Positions 47,943-64,000 of a stretch of DNA of 64,000 nt are shown here, piece after piece (positions within the stretch are counted from its first letter, which is position 1; each line of letters begins with the position of its first letter). The position numbers and the translations under genes are program-made. The notes beneath the pieces are model-generated. The model was not told the DNA's origin and did no database searches. It worked only from the letters and a program-made list of their open reading frames with translations. Source of the DNA: the human T2T-CHM13v2.0 reference genome, Homo sapiens; the NCBI RefSeq assembly GCF_009914755.1, contig NC_060941.1; one strand, written 5' to 3'.

Positions 47943-50900
47943 GAAGTGAGGCCCGGCCCCGGACAGGTACTGCCCCCTCAGCCCCAACCCCAGCTGCCGC
48001 GTCCCCTCTGCTGCCTGCAGAACGTCCCACCCAAGCCAGGTGTCCCGATCCCTTTCTGACTTAGAGAGCCCAGGCTGGTTCCTAAACCCCGGGGCTTCCC
48101 CTGGGAGGGAAGCAGCCATTGCAGGAATTTTGGTTCAGTAGATCTGGAGTGGTTTGGAAATCCAGGCTTAGGAAACTCCGTAATCGGGGCCTTCTGTGGC
48201 CCCTCCCCTGGCCCTATCTCATCCCCAGTGCATAAACCTGGCTTCCGCAGAAGCCTCACAGGCTGTGCACTGCACAAGAGACAACTCTAGGGGGCAGCAG
48301 TCACCAGAGGACAATGTGAAAGCAGAAGCCGTGCCCACTCCCCTCCTGCAAGAAACTGACCCGTGACCCGCTCCTTCCTAGGTGAACCCCCATGACCCCT
48401 TTCCTCGACTCCCCTCTGAGATACCCCTCTTTTCTTCAGGATTGTTCTGGAAGGTCCTTTTCCTGAAAGTTGCTGCTATAGGTGACTGGAAGTCTGTCTA
48501 ATGCTGGTGGACTCTGCCCAGCTCTGCCTCAAAGGATTTTGGGCCTTTTACAAGAGCTGGTTGCAAAACCAGCCATGTGACCTTGGGAAAGTGTCACGCA
48601 TGCTCTGCTGTGATCCCTTCAGTGGCAAAATGGGGGGTGGCCTAAGTGGTTCCCAAGGCCCCTGTGCACCTGACAGCTGGGTGGCTTGTGGCCCTCACCC
48701 CCAGGAGCCCTGAGTCCAGCAGGGGATGTGAGGGTCAGGGATTCTCCGCTTCCCAGTGTCTCTCAGGGACCCAGGAAGGAGGATCTGGGATTGATGCCCG
48801 ACCCCAGAGGAAGTGGAGTTCTGTTCCACCAGAGCAGGGTTTGTCACATGGCCTGAGGGGGCAAGGGCTCCTGTTTAGCCTCAAGCTTCATTCCTATCTC
48901 CATCTCCCACCAGTCAGAAACTGGCTGCTTCTCCTGTGGGTATAATCAGGGAACTTGCCCAAGTGCAGAGAAAAGCTTGCTTCAATGCTTTGAGGAAAGG
49001 AAATTGTGCCACACCTTGACTGACCAGAACATCCAAAGAGCGGCATTCTCTGTTTAACTAGGAGCTGCTGAGCAAGCAGTTGGACAGAAAATCCTCTCTG
49101 CTTAGAATTTTTTCTTTTTTTTTGAGTCTCACTTTGTCACCCAGGCTGGAGTGCAGTGCAGTGACACAATCTCGACTCATTGCAACCTCCTCCTCTCAGG
49201 TTCAAGTGATTCTCCTACCTCAGCCTGCCGAGTAGCTGGGATTACAGGCACCCGCCACCACGCCCGGGTAATTTTTTTGTGTGATTTTAGTAGAGATGGG
49301 GTTTCAGCATGTTGCCCAGGGTGGTCTTGAACTGACATCAAGTGATCTGCCCACCTTGGCCTCCCAAAGTGCTGGGATTACAGGTGTGAGACACCGCGCC
49401 TGACCTTTGCAGCAATTATCAATGCCCTGTCCTGGCAAGTCCCCAGTTGAAGTTGCCTTTGTGAAACTCTGACCTTCCAGAGCCTGGGCCTTGGCACATT
49501 TGACTCTTGGTGTCTGTCACCATTGCTACAGACCCTGGAAGAAGTTTGCAGCAGGCTAGGAAACCACCTAGGCTGCCACCAGAGGTAGTGAGTGTCCAGT
49601 CCCTGGAGGTGTGAAGGCAGAACTGGAGACATCATTGACCAGGGATACGACAGTGAGAGGGAATTCCGGAACTGAACCTTCACTACACCAAGTGTGGTTG
49701 GTGGGCCAGGGTCGGCACTGCCTGTGAGCTCATTAGAAATGAAGGATCTCAGGGCCCCACCCCAGACCTGCTGAGTCTGGATCTGCATTTTAACAAGTTC
49801 CTACAAAATATTGACACGCTCATTAAAGTTTCTGAATCATAGAACTAAATCACCCTAAGATCTTTAAATCTTAGAATCTCTAAGATCTCATAAAGCCAGG
49901 CTACAAACTAGCCACCAAATTTCTTTTGTTTGGCCTATAGAGTGTTTTGTTTTGAGCTAACATTTAAAAATCAACAGCTTCCACATTTTAAAAATGTATA
50001 GCAGATTTCCCCCTTCTCTTGAAATCAGAAGCCCCACATGGTGCTTGTGTCACCACTTAACCACATTCTGCTGCAGCTAAACAGCAACAGTCCCCTTTAT
50101 CCAGATGTCGCCACTCCCTACAGACTCCGAGACACCAAGATTTTCTGAACATTCCTTTATATTCCTGCCTGGTGCCTGTAGACATTGAGCTTAGGACTCC
50201 TTAGCAGGTATTAGGATTACAGGGGCTCCTGGACGGGACTTTGCCTTCTTTTTTTTTTTTTTAAACTGATTCATGACTTCCACAAGCTTAGTGGTATTCC
50301 CCTCCTTCCTAAAGGTGAAGGAAGAATGTATCAAACATCGAGAATCCAGCACTTGTAAGTTCTGGTTACCGAAGGTGATGTTGCTACAGAGAGCAATTTA
50401 GTGCAATTTTAAAAACATTTTAAATTGAATTTAAATACGATGAATTAAAGATTAAAAACAAAACAAAACCCGGGCATGCACACACACACATTTTTAAAAG
50501 TTATTTACATTCTTGAAGATTTTCCTTAAGATTTTCTCTGTACTTAGGTCCCAGGGATTGAAGCGCAGATTCACATCTCTGGCCTTGGACCTGACTGTGT
50601 GGATAGAGCTCTCAGCCTCCTGTCTCTTCCCTCCCGTACCCGACCCTGCAGCCCTTCCCCTTCCTTCCCTCTCTCCCTGCCTGCAAGGGCCTGGAGTAGT
50701 TAATGGTGTGTGATTTCGGCTGCCTCAAGGAAGAGTCCAGGATTAGGTGCAGAGGGATTAGCTGGGACAGGCTTAGGCAGGGCTCCTCCCGGAAGCAGAG
50801 GCGGATGAGCCAGAGGGCAGACCCAGTTTAAGGTAGAAGTGGAGTGGGCAGGGCTGAGCCGGTTCCTTCCCACCTTCACTCAGCCTCCTTCCCAGGCTGG

Positions 50901-51540
50901 CCTCAAGCTCAAGTGACCAGATGTGATAGAAGAGCCCTGACCCCTCCCCAGCTAGAAGAACTTGGGGAACCCCCACCCCAGAGTTCACAGATCTAGTGGG
51001 AGAAGAGAAGGCAAAAGATGAAGCCTCAGCCTCCTCTCTGTGCCTCAGCCTCTCCTTTCTCTGTTCCTGCCTCCCTTTCTGCTCTATTCTCCTGTCTTTG
51101 TGTCCCCACAGTCCCCTTTCTGCCTGGCAGTCTCTGTCTGCCTTTCTCTGCAGTTTCCACCATTTCTCTGGAAATCTTATTTCCTGGACCCAGTCGGTTA
51201 TCCAGTCTCAGGGCTCTGCTGACTCAAGTCCTCCCCACCCTGTTCCTGTGGCCTGGGCAACTCCCAGCGCATGAGAGCACCGGGGCCTGGCTTGGTCACT
51301 GGGCATCCCCCACCTTCAGATGTGTTTACACTACCTCTGCCAGCTGGCCTGCGCCAGGAGCCCACACTTGCGGTTGTCCTTGCCTTGGAGATGGCTCTGT
51401 AGCTGGCAGAGCAGTGATGGCCAAAGCAGGGACCTCTCATAGCTGCTGCTTCAATCCCACGGCAGAGACTCTACAGCGTGTCCCGGGGCTCACCTGGCGC
51501 CTTTTTTTTTTTTTTTTTTTTTTTTTGTGCTTCTCCTTAG

Positions 51541-51760
51541 GGTCTGGGCCCTGCTCCCTGTCCCATCTGCAGTGGACCCCAGGCACCCCCCTTTGAGGAG
51601 GTGGGGTGAACTGCTCCTTGGCAGGGATTTGTGACACTGCATTGCTGGGCTGTGTTCCCCGGGCTCTTCTGGACCTTGCACCGTGGATACCAGGCCATGT
51701 GCCATGGTATTTGGGTCCTGGGAGGGTGGGTGAAATAAAGGCATGCTGTCTTCCATGTTG
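51541..51760 (+). other. GUCY2D: GUCY2D exon 20 (3'UTR only; end approximate)
   Basis: T25 tract + GTGCTTCTCCTTAG acceptor ending 51540; AATAAA 51734-51739 followed by a GT-rich downstream element. Confidence 0.85.
51734..51739 (+). terminator. GUCY2D polyadenylation signal
   Basis: AATAAA with TGTTGTGGTGTGTG about 20-30 nt downstream. Confidence 0.85.
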
Positions 51761-52834
51761 TGGTGTGTGCTGCTTTTAGCCAGGAGAGTAGTCTCGACAC
51801 CCCCATCTCTGGAACGCTCAGCCCTGCCATTTCCAGGGAGGGTTTCAGATAGGGTTGAACCTTAGAGATGGCCTGAAGAGGGGAAGTGGCCGGGGCCAAC
51901 AGCTCCCAGGAACTCCTCTGCTCAGAGAACCAGTTGGGGAAGTCTCGGGCCTCTCGGGCTGCTGGAAAAGACCAGGGTCTCTGACGCTTTTAAGGTGGGT
52001 GATGTGGCTTCATCCCTTGATTGTATGCAGGAGGGAAGAAGGAAGAGAAGGACAGAGCTTGTCTATGCCATGACTCCATGACCCATGGACCATAACCTAC
52101 AAACATGGGAGCCAGAGTCCAAGACTGAAGGAACAGGGCCCCCAGATGGGAAAGGTGAGGTCCACTGGTCTCTGGGCAGGACCTCATCAACAACCCACAC
52201 TCCACCTCTGACCCTTCACAAACCTGCCCCTGGAGCTTCAGAGCAGGAGAGACTATCCCAAAATCACCAGTGGGTGACTGGCCCCTAAGTCTTCCGGGAG
52301 CCCAGCTGTTCCCGTGCCAGGCCCAATGTCCCAGACAGGATGACCTGTAATGGACATCGACTGTGCTGCCTTCCTACATCCATCCTGCTGGGCAGTGGGC
52401 AGCCATCTGTGCCCCATTCTTAATCCCAGTGGAAGTGGCTAGAACTGACTGCTGACTTCCCCCTTCAGGCCAGCCCAATCATTCCGTTCCTCTGGCCTCA
52501 AAGACAGATGAGCTGGGCCAGGCTGATGAAGCTCGGTGCTGGGACGTTGTTTGAAGCCATGGGGAGAAATTGTCTTCTTGGGGGGTTGCTGAGAGGATGG
52601 GACATTGAGAGATCCTTGCCACCACAAAGACAGAGCTGAACTGGCAGATGGAGAGAGACAAAGTCCTGATGGCTACTGTCTGAGCTGGGATACCTCACTG
52701 GGCCTAAAGCCAAGTCCGGCTGTTTAAGCAACATGGGCCAGCAAATTATTTTCTTTGCTTAAGCCAGGTTGCGTTGGGTTCTTTCTTTTCTTTCTTTCTT
52801 CCTTTCTTTCCTTTCTCTTTTCTTTCTCTTCTTT

Positions 52835-52873
<39 letters not shown>

Positions 52874-52963
52874 TTCATACCTCAAAACCCTCACGATGGC
52901 TGGGCACAGTGGCTCATGCCTGTAATCCCAGCACTTGGGGTGGCTGAGGTGAGAGAATCACTA

Positions 52964-53338
<375 letters not shown>

Positions 53339-54363
53339 TCAACATCATTCCCTTTGTCTCTGGCCAGCATGTCATCTCCTAGGCCTCTCTCTCAGCCTTG
53401 ATCACCCACTCCCAAGCTGCATGCCTCCATCGGCATATTCCTATTGCAACTATCAACCAGGGGCCGCTGAGGCCACAGGGGTTCTCCTGCATGGACTGGC
53501 TGGTCCTCAACCACAGTCCCTGGGGTCACCTCTCCCAGGGCTTAGCCTTTATCCAAGGATAAAGGGATGGGCACCCAGAGCTCCTGCCACACTCTCTTCC
53601 AGGGCAGAGGCGAGGGCAGGGTAGGTCGCGGCCCCAGTGGAAACAAGGCCTGAGGGACTGCATACCCAGCTTTGAAGGTCTGCCCTGGAAGGCCCCAGAC
53701 TGCTTCAGGCTCTGAAAAGGCAATGAGGAGGGTCCAGTGCTGAGCTCTTATCCTCAATGATGCCAAGGGGTGGAAGCCTTTCTGGCGCTTGGAGAAGAGG
53801 CCCAGCCATGGGGTGGCTGAAATAGATGATCTCAGATTATCTCAAGACCAGAGCTGATCCCAGAAACTGGTCCTTCCCTGAGTAAATGCTTCCCAGAGAA
53901 GGCCAGAGGACATGCCCTGTGATGATGCAGCTGTACAAGATGCTCCACTGGGAGCCAGAAGGGAAGCAGAGCTGGAGGTCCTGTGCTCCTCTTTTGAAGA
54001 AGGGAGAGGTTTAAGATCATCAGCATGCTGAAGGGGGGAAGCCAGTACTGTGAGGGAGACATGGGATGGGGTGACGGGGGAATGAGGCTCCTGTGTCCAG
54101 TGGGGATAGATCCAAGCACTGCGGAGTGATTGCCTTGGATGGGAAGAAGGGAAGCCTTTGAAAGAGGATTAGAATAGGACAGCTTGGGCCTGGGAGGAGC
54201 TGCACATTCCAGGACTTTCCATCAAGAGTTTCTGTTTTTTCAAGAAAGTGGAAGGTGAGGTCATCTTCTGAGTGTGTGGGGGAGGGAGGAGTACTATTTT
54301 CCTTGCTAAGTGCTAGAAACTGGGCTAAGCACTTTACCTGATAAACCTCATTTGATACCTTGA

Positions 54364-54881
<518 letters not shown>

Positions 54882-55012
54882 TCTATTACACTTCTGTTTT
54901 ACAGATGTTAACACTGAGGCTTAGAAAGGTCGTTTGGACTGCCCAAGGTCACAAAAGCTACTAAATGAGCACTGGGACTCTACTTTTCCAAAGTCTTAAA
55001 CTCTACACTATT

Positions 55013-55992
55013 TTTTTAATAACACAATGGGTTTATATTTAATATAGTACTTCTCATCAGGAGGATGTTACTCAGTTAATATAAAGTTTTTTTCAAAACA
55101 CTAAATCTCTTTTCCATGTCGATGTCAATAGTTTTTTTTTTTAACATTAAATTTTTTTCCGCATTTCAGTATTAGATACACTGAATACATTTTTCTAAAT
55201 GTTTTTTCCCCAGAGATAAAAGTTTTCCTTTTTGGCTGACTCTCCAATATCTAAATATAATATTAACTTGGGAGACAACAAAACAAAAATCTAATAAAGG
55301 AATGGAGAAAAGACTCCTCAACGATTCAGGAGGCAGTGATTATAACCGAACAGTGGTGATTTCCTAAGATTCTGGGCAAGAACTTCCTTCTTCCTATTTC
55401 ACATGCTTTGAGAGAATTCTAAGATTATGAAATATTACTTATGTAAATTTCAGCCATCTTACTTCTTTGACCGCCTTTCTAACTAGCAAATTATAGGCTG
55501 CATTTTTCTGTGCATTATTTGTTGTAAAGAAAACATTTTTTTTTCTATTTATAAATGTATGTTTGTTCCCATTTCATGGAAACAATGAAAAATGTGAAAC
55601 TCCCTTATTTACTGATTCTTGGAACCTTTCACACACCAAAGCTCAGGTTTAGCCTCTATAGCACAAAGGTTTTCAGGGTGAGGTTTGACTCAGTAGGCCT
55701 TTCAAAGTCACATCTGTCCATTTCTTTTTCATGCGTATACCCCCGGGCGATTGCATCACCGCCTTCTACTGCTTCCACAACAGGCAGCACCAAAAGCAGT
55801 GACATGAGGACTAAGCACAACTGTGTTGAAACTGAGGTCATGATATTGGAATCTTGAGGGCTGAAGGTTCCAAAGAAATGGTATATATAGAATTCTATCT
55901 GACTTGAAATTTTCCCTTCCTGGAGCTCCGGATGCTGAGATTAAGAGGTTCCACGTGACATGACCTTCCAGGAAGCAGCCATTACAGGAATC
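55013..55992 (-). pseudogene. Processed pseudogene of SMIM30 (LINC00998 micropeptide)
   Basis: Minus-strand ORF from 55841, MTSVSTQLCLVLMSLLLVLPVVEAVEGGDAIA, matches the SMIM30 N-terminus as I recall it. The parental C-terminus (GVYA*KRNGQM*) is in another frame. ATTAAA at 55043-55038, short poly(A), 16-bp TSD TAAACTCTACAYTATT at 54997-55012 and 55993-56008. Confidence 0.9.
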
Positions 55993-56093
55993 TAAACTCT
56001 ACATTATTAATAAAGAGGCAAGAACTGATGGGACCAAGTCCCTGAGGAAATAGAAGTAGCTCTGGACAACAGAAGGCAAACCTCTTCCTCTGA

Positions 56094-56456
<363 letters not shown>

Positions 56457-59400
56457 TAAAGGCTGCCAAAGAGCTTCCTTTCTGGCGTCATCAGGGACAA
56501 GGATGGCTGGGTGTCTGGCATGAATCAGATAAATGGACAGGGAGTCAGGTGAGAGTTTGAGGGGTCTTTGGTGAGGGTAGGGGACAGGGAGGGAGCTCAG
56601 CGGGGAGGGGGTCTTTGTGGAGTTCCAGATCTCCCAGGTCTTCAGCCTCCTGGGGCCCAGGATCCCTGAGTGTGGAGACCCTGAGGAAAGAGCCACTCTC
56701 TAGTGTCAAGCATTCTCAGCCTCAAGGACCCAGCCTGCGGCATAAGAGGGCACTAATAACCCAAATAGCAACGTACACAAGAGGGACATCACAGGGCTGG
56801 GGGCGGCGGGCGGGTGCACAGGGAATGTGGAGGTGGGCCAGAGGCCTGGAGCCCATGACAGCATGAGGCCTGTTCAGCCATTGCCAGAAGCCAGGGTGCA
56901 TTTCCCTGACCAGAAAAGACCCTGCCACTAGCCAAAGCTAGCTGAGGCCTTGGACGCATTGGATTTCCCTGTTTGGAAAATGTATAAGGGAATTACCAGA
57001 CAGCTTAGGGGAGGCAGCTATTCACCCAGGGCTGGGGGTCCTCACATTTGCAGAGGCCCCACACTGCGTGGTTCTTTTCTTTAGCATGGCTCAGCAGCCC
57101 CAGAGCAGGGGCCAGGGAGGGGAATAGGGCTTAACCAGGGGCATCTGGGGCAAGACAGGGTGGCAGGAGGATTTAAGGGCTTAGGGAGAAAGTGATGAAG
57201 TGCCTCAGACACTAGTTTTAAACCTACCTCCTGCAAGCAGCCTTCCTCAAATCACATGGGGGATATTGATTTTGTTTTCTATTACCTGGAAATGGTCTCC
57301 CCATCGTTTCTGAGAAATCCACACTACCTCACAGCTCATTGGCATTGCCAACTTGCCTCCAGTGGGCACAGCCAGCCTAGCATCTTGTATAAACCCTCCC
57401 CAGTGGACACGGGAAATTGGACCACGGGTGGGTTCCTGTCCCAAACTGGGTCAGTGAGAGCCCTTTGCTGGGGAACGTGGAGCTGATGCAAAGACACTCC
57501 AAAACCGTCTGTCTACCTCTTAGAGAATCCATAAACACAAGCTGTTGTGGCACTCATTCTCTGCCTTGGGAACTGGAAACAGAAAGAACTGGAAAAGCGA
57601 GAGAGGACAAAACAAACATGCAGAGAAGAGAGAGATGGAGAGAATTTTCTAAGTTCTTACAACGAACGCTCTAGTCTCTGCCTTTGGCTATCCCTGAGGC
57701 CCTGCTGGATCCCTAGCATTTTGTCCTTACAATAAATTCTCCTCTTTGCTCAAGTTCTCTCTACTATCTCTGTTCCTTACAAATTTAAGAGTCCTAATTA
57801 CCCCAATCTCCCCAACCTCTAGAGTATTTCAGTCCTGTCTTCCTTCTGTTATGGATCCACTATTGCCCTGGGCCATATTTTACCTTGAAGATGACACTAG
57901 GGGTTTCTTCTTTCCTTCGAGACAGGGTCTCACTCTGTCTCCCAGGAGAGAGTGCAGTGGCGCCATCATTGCTCACTGCAGCCTTAACCTCCTGGGCTCA
58001 AGTGATCCTCCCACCTCAGCCTCCTGAGTAGCTAGAACTGCAAGTGTGCACCACCACAACTGGCTACTTTTTTTAATTGTTATTTTTATAGAGACAGGGT
58101 CTCACTATGTTTCCCAAGCTAATCTCAAACTCTGGGCTCAAGTGAGCCTCTTGCCTCCCAAAGTCCTGGGAGTATAGACATGAGCCACTGCACCTGGCCC
58201 TTTTTTTTTTTTTAAATTAAAGGAAAGTTTATTCTTTTTGTACAAGTATCTTCAGGTATTTATAATTTTACAGTTTATATTCATACATATAATTCTAGAT
58301 GATTAAGAAAGGGATCCATTTTTATAAGTTGAAGAGGTCAAGATGAAAGTGTTTTTCCTTTTGATATATGGTTTTAAAGCCACAGTCTTTTCTATGAGAT
58401 ATTAAAGCTCCAAATGAAAGTATGGTTCTCCATTGTATGGGAGAAGTTTATTTTCTTTTGTTTCCAGCAAAGCTGTCAGCCCCCAGCCTCCATCATGGCA
58501 CTAACTAGCTACACATGAGTGACTGGAACACACATCTCTACAACTGGCCCAGTCCCCACCAGGTATGTTTAAAGAGGCTGCCTTTGAGGACCCTATAATA
58601 AAGGAATCCTTTATCAAAGGACATGCCCAAACCAGGTGCAACAATCCCACAGACTCTACTAATGCACACTTTATTGCCAGGGACAGTGACATTCATGGAG
58701 AGCAGAGCAGAATCCTCCCAATTTACTAGCAGCAGCCAAATTCTCAATCTTTTCCAAAGGGAATGAAGATCCAGCATGCTCCTCTGCCACTCCTCTCATG
58801 AGCAGGTAGGAGAGTGGGCACTCACTGGGCAGAGCCAGAGAGGAGGGGCAGCCATCCAGGAGAAGGAGGATGACGCTAGGTTTCATCTTCTATGTCAATT
58901 TCAACCAGTTGGTTGTGCCTCTCTAGAATGCTATGATGACAAAGATTCTGAGGCCATTTTCAGGCTTAAAAAGAATTCATGGGTTGATTAACAATGTCTG
59001 CCATGGGCACGGATTGGGAAGGGGCTGAGTGCTCACCATGTATATTCACTGACCTTGTCACACATACAACACCCAGCTCATTGCCACCCCTGTAGACACG
59101 CATAAGACATACTTGTTGAATGAATACATGACATGATTATCTAAGGGACCCCTTTGGTGGGATGAGTGACAGGGATGCAGGACACGAAAGATGTGAGGAG
59201 GAGCAGAACAGATAAGACAGAGACATGTGATGCTCTCAGTTCAGGAATCAAATACACAGGGTTGAGAGACCTCCGTATTCATCAGGATTCTTCTGATCTA
59301 AAGGGTTTCAATTTTTTTGTAAAGGAAACGTTTGCTTCAGGTAACCAAAAAAAGAGACCAAGAATAGGTCTTGCTTCGGGTATCGGTGCATCCAGGAGCT

Positions 59401-60221
59401 CCCGCACTGTATCTCTACATGCCATTCAGCTGTGCTTTTGTCTGTGTTGTCTTCATTCTCAGGTGGGCTCTCCTGAAATGGTCACAGAAATAGCCAGCAA
59501 CCATTTCAAGGCTTGCTTACATACTATAATCTCAGCAACTAAAACAAACAAACAAACAAAAAATCCCAGGGCTGATTTTTTGTTGTTTGTTTGTTTTTAA
59601 AGACAGGGTCTTGCTCTGTTGCCCAGGTTGGAGTACAGTGGCAGGATCATCAATCACTCTGTAACCTCAGTTCCTGGGCTCAAGCTATCCTCCTGCCTCA
59701 GCCTCCCAAGTAGCTGGGAGTACAGGCGTGTGCCACCATCCCCAGATAATTTCCAAGTCCTGCCTAATTTTGCCCAAACTGAATCATGTGCCCACCCCTG
59801 GAGCCAGAGAGTGAAGCGAGCTCTACTGTAATCATGTGGGCTGAGAATGGGGAAGGAATTATTCTTTACAGGAAAATGGGGATGTTGCTACCTGAATAAG
59901 GGGACTGGGTGCTGCCATCACATACCTTCCATTATATTCCCTTGGGCTGTGGGTTTTTCCCATCAAATCAGTAGCTACTGGAGAGCAAGGATGTTGTCCT
60001 GTTTATCCTTTCATCCCCAGCACCCTGCACAAGACCTGACTCAGAAGTTTCCAGACCCCTCCTAGCTGATGCAAGACCTCATCCATGTCTTACTGACAGA
60101 GTAAAATGACCAGGAAGGAGCTCTCACACCATCCCTGCCCTCCAGCCCACAGACCCTTCTGTGACTGTACCCATCTGCCCAGCCTCCTGCCTATTATGAT
60201 GGAAGATGTGTCCCTGCTCTG

Positions 60222-60700
60222 CTGTGAGAGTGGTTTGCTGCCCAGCCTTTGTTCCCCATCTTCCTGGTACCAACCCCTCAGATTTCCTTTATGAAACTAC
60301 CCATTCCTATTCTCAGCCATGTGATCTGAATGAGACTGACTCCATCCCCAATTCCAGGGATACACCATTGTTGGCTTAAACCATTCCGTATATTCCCTGC
60401 TTCTGGCCACACTGGTCGGTTCAGGGATCACAGTGATCAATGAAAAATGACCTGGGGGGCAGCCACCTGCCAGAGTTTTGGAAAAGAGAAGCGTCAACCC
60501 TCCTCCTCAGGTGCTAGCAGAAAAAAACTCCCTCTCTTCTCCTGGTTGTTGTGGCACGAGGACGTGAGTTCTGGAACTAATTCCAGAACAGCAGCCCTGG
60601 GTAGAGCCCAAGATTGAAGTCAACACTACAGAAGGCAGAAAGAAGAGGCCAAAAGACGTCAGGGCCTTGGTCATCTCTGGGGCAGCCATGCTGTAACCAC
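60222..60700 (+). mobile_element. MaLR LTR (MLT1K-like)
   Basis: Resembles the element at 19715-20215. Confidence 0.5.
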
Positions 60701-61208
60701 AAGGCTGGGGAGGCAGAGAACAGCATTATCACCCTCAACTTAGACCAAACATGATTCAGCACTGGGGCTGGCCACATTCCTGCCCTGAAGCAAATTTTGG
60801 TTTGATGAAGGCAGAAGGGAGAACGACATTAGGGCGGGTAATTCATTGTGTCTGTCACACACCCTACCTTTGCTACTGTAGATGCTGATAACCAACTGCA
60901 TTGGGAAAGTCAGCTTCAGTTGGAATTTTCTGTTGCTTGAACTTCAGCCTTACTTGTTGCCAGCATCCCTACTTGGGCTCTGGGGCTGCCACCTTCACTT
61001 TCTTGGGTTTTCACTTCTGAAATGGGCTCTTCTCCCTCCTGCATCAACTTTCCTCCCTCGTTCCCAAGAAGACATAAACACGCTTCACGGGCAGCAGTTC
61101 TCAATGGTGGCTGCATACTGGAATATCCAGAAAGCTTTAAAAAATGCTTAATACCGGTGGCTCACGCCTGTAATCCCAGCACTTTGGGAGGCCGAGGCGG
61201 GCAGATCA

Positions 61209-61529
<321 letters not shown>

Positions 61530-62016
61530 TCAAACTCCTGGCCTCAAATAATCCTCCCGCCTTCACCCCCACAAAGTGCTGGGATTACAGGTGTGAGCCA
61601 CCATGCCTGGCCACAATTTCTTTTTATAACTTGTAAAGTTACAAGTTTGAAAAAACAAATAAGATGATGCAAAACAAAATTAAAATGAATTCAAACATTT
61701 TATCAAAGGCCTATCTCATTCTGCTTAGCCCTATCTTAGGATTCTCCACAAAATTCAGCTAAGAAGACTTCAGTTTTACCTCTTCCAAGGTACTCCCTGC
61801 TTCAGCAGAAGTACGTAGAAAACAGTAAAAGGTGCTAGAATGGGGCTATGGATGCAACTGGTAGGGAATTAGAGGTGGAGAAGGGCAACAGGTTGATCTT
61901 CTAAGTTATTATGGATAAAAGTGGAAGATTTAACACAAACATGGACTTTTTCTCCCTCCAAAACCCCATTCAAATGGCAGTAAAAGAACTTTTTTTTTTT
62001 TTTTTTTTTTTTTTGA

Positions 62017-62314
<298 letters not shown>

Positions 62315-62458
62315 TAATGGTGTTGTGGGCCAGGTGCAGTGGCTCACACCTGTAATCCTAGCACTTTGGGAAGCTGAGGCAAGAGGATTGCTTTAGCCTA
62401 GGAGTTTGAAACCAGCCTGGGCAATGTAGGGAGACCTGGTCTCTACAAAAAAAATTTA

Positions 62459-63092
<634 letters not shown>

Positions 63093-63284
63093 ATACCACA
63101 AATATCAGAAACAAACAGGCCGGGCGCAGCGACTCACGCCTATAATCCCAGTACTTTGGGAGGCCGAGGCAGTTGGATCACCTGAAGTCAGGAGTTCAAG
63201 ACCAGCCTGGCCAACATTGCGAACGCCGTCTCTACTAAGAATATGAAAATTATCTGGGCATGGTGCTGAATGCCTGTAGTCCTA

Positions 63285-63470
<186 letters not shown>

Positions 63471-64000
63471 TCAAATATCGCAAGCATGAAACACAAACAG
63501 ATTACTAATAAAACAAATATACACAGGCTGGACATGGTGGCCCATGTCTATATTCCCAGCTACTCAGGAGGGTGAGGTAGGAAGGTCACTTGAGTCTAGC
63601 AGTTCAAGGCCAGCATGGGCAACATAGCAAGACCCCACCAGTGAAAAAAATATGATAGGAGGAATAATAGCTCAATAGGACTAGAGGAGAAAGTTGAGAA
63701 AATCTACTAGAAAACAGAACAAAAGGCAAAATGATGGGAAATTGGAAATAAAATAAAATGGAGAATAAATGAAATCGAGAATGGGAACTGGAGAGCCAGT
63801 TTGGGAGACCCAACATCTAAAGTATAAGTTCAAAAAAGAGACACTGAAAAAATAAAGAGAAGGAAATAATCGATGAAATAATTCAAGACATCTTCCCAAC
63901 ACTGAGGGTCATGAATTTCAAGACTGAAAGGACCTACTGAGAGCACTGCACAATTAATAAAAATTGACTACACCTTGGCACATCATTGTGAAATTATGGA

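Overview
Human (or very close primate) genomic DNA. It contains the complete GUCY2D gene (retinal guanylyl cyclase RetGC1/ROS-GC1, + strand, about 34.05-51.76 kb). I mapped all 20 exons by GT-AG junctions; the coding exons sum to 3312 nt (1103 codons + stop). This haplotype encodes Ser at residue 52 (the A52S allele). The rest is Alu/L1/LTR-dense intergenic sequence. It includes an orphan CpG island (about 21.3-22.0 kb), a SMIM30 processed pseudogene with TSDs (about 55.0-56.0 kb, - strand), and nested ERVL/LTR8/Alu insertions (13.5-17.3 kb). The most unusual structure is a 491-bp inverted duplication (19801-20291 / 22962-23779, about 98.7% identical) enclosing the CpG island and two CTCF-like motifs. 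The derived arm sits between two oppositely oriented Alus that are both cut at the same Alu position. It also carries an old AluS that is absent from the near-identical partner arm, which points to hairpin-associated templated repair followed by conversion/inversion or Alu excision. Repeat subfamily names and gene identities are from recognition of consensus sequences, not database searches. Most short ORFs in the track are Alu-derived noise.
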